Part shown: positions 58,434 to 58,524 of the stretch, piece after piece
Numbering within the stretch: the stretch's first letter is position 1
Layout of the letters: every line of letters starts with the position of its first letter
Sequence record: SRR20825006_221
Direction: 5' to 3' (one strand)
DNA: 58,524 nt
Program-made: the position numbers and the translations under genes
Notes under the pieces: model-generated
The model's input: the letters and a program-made list of their open reading frames with translations, nothing else
Told to the model about the DNA's origin: nothing
Databases searched by the model: none

Positions 58434-58524
58434 TTATTTTGCTGCTTCTATATAGGAAATTGCTTGACCAACTGTAGCAATATTTTCAGCTTGGTCGTCT
58501 GGAATTTGGATATCAAATTCTTTT
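58434..58524 (-). CDS. acpP: Acyl carrier protein, C-terminal part (truncated by window edge; absent from the ORF track)
   Basis: Minus strand translates KEFDIQIPDDQAENIATVGQAISYIEAAK-stop, directly upstream of fabF. Confidence 0.93.
   Translation of the reverse strand, partial: KEFDIQIPDDQAENIATVGQAISYIEAAK

Noticed and set aside
1-58524. tRNA, rRNA, CRISPR, IS or prophage
   Set aside because: Intergenic gaps are short and show no cloverleaf, repeat-spacer array, transposase or phage genes.

Overview
AT-rich, gene-dense chromosomal backbone of a Bacteroidota bacterium, most likely Flavobacteriaceae (TAnnTTTG -7 promoters, Bat operon, T9SS cargo, IPExxxVDY protein). It holds about 50 CDS: accC (partial), mtgA, pheS, cvpA, a SulP-USP-beta carbonic anhydrase-SulP cluster, the moxR-DUF58-batA-E operon, an SDR / AlbA_2(Schlafen) / SPFH-GYF / Zn-ribbon / phosphoesterase cluster, acyl-ACP desaturase, ALDH7, nbaC, iaaA, alpha-2-macroglobulin-pbpC, a GbsR/MarR-regulated RND pump, a T9SS M4 protease, CYTH, dinB, pyk, rnc, fabF and acpP (partial). 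I found no tRNA, rRNA, CRISPR array, integrase or transposase. The best candidates for undescribed biology are: (1) a 97-aa membrane-targeted uORF ending in SPPP, followed by a multi-hairpin leader, in front of the bicarbonate-transporter/carbonic anhydrase operon (possible ribosome-arrest control); (2) the Schlafen-domain + YdjI/YdjG-like + phosphatase cluster; (3) several intergenic repeat families and a palindromic operator. All family calls come from motif recognition by eye; no database searches were run.
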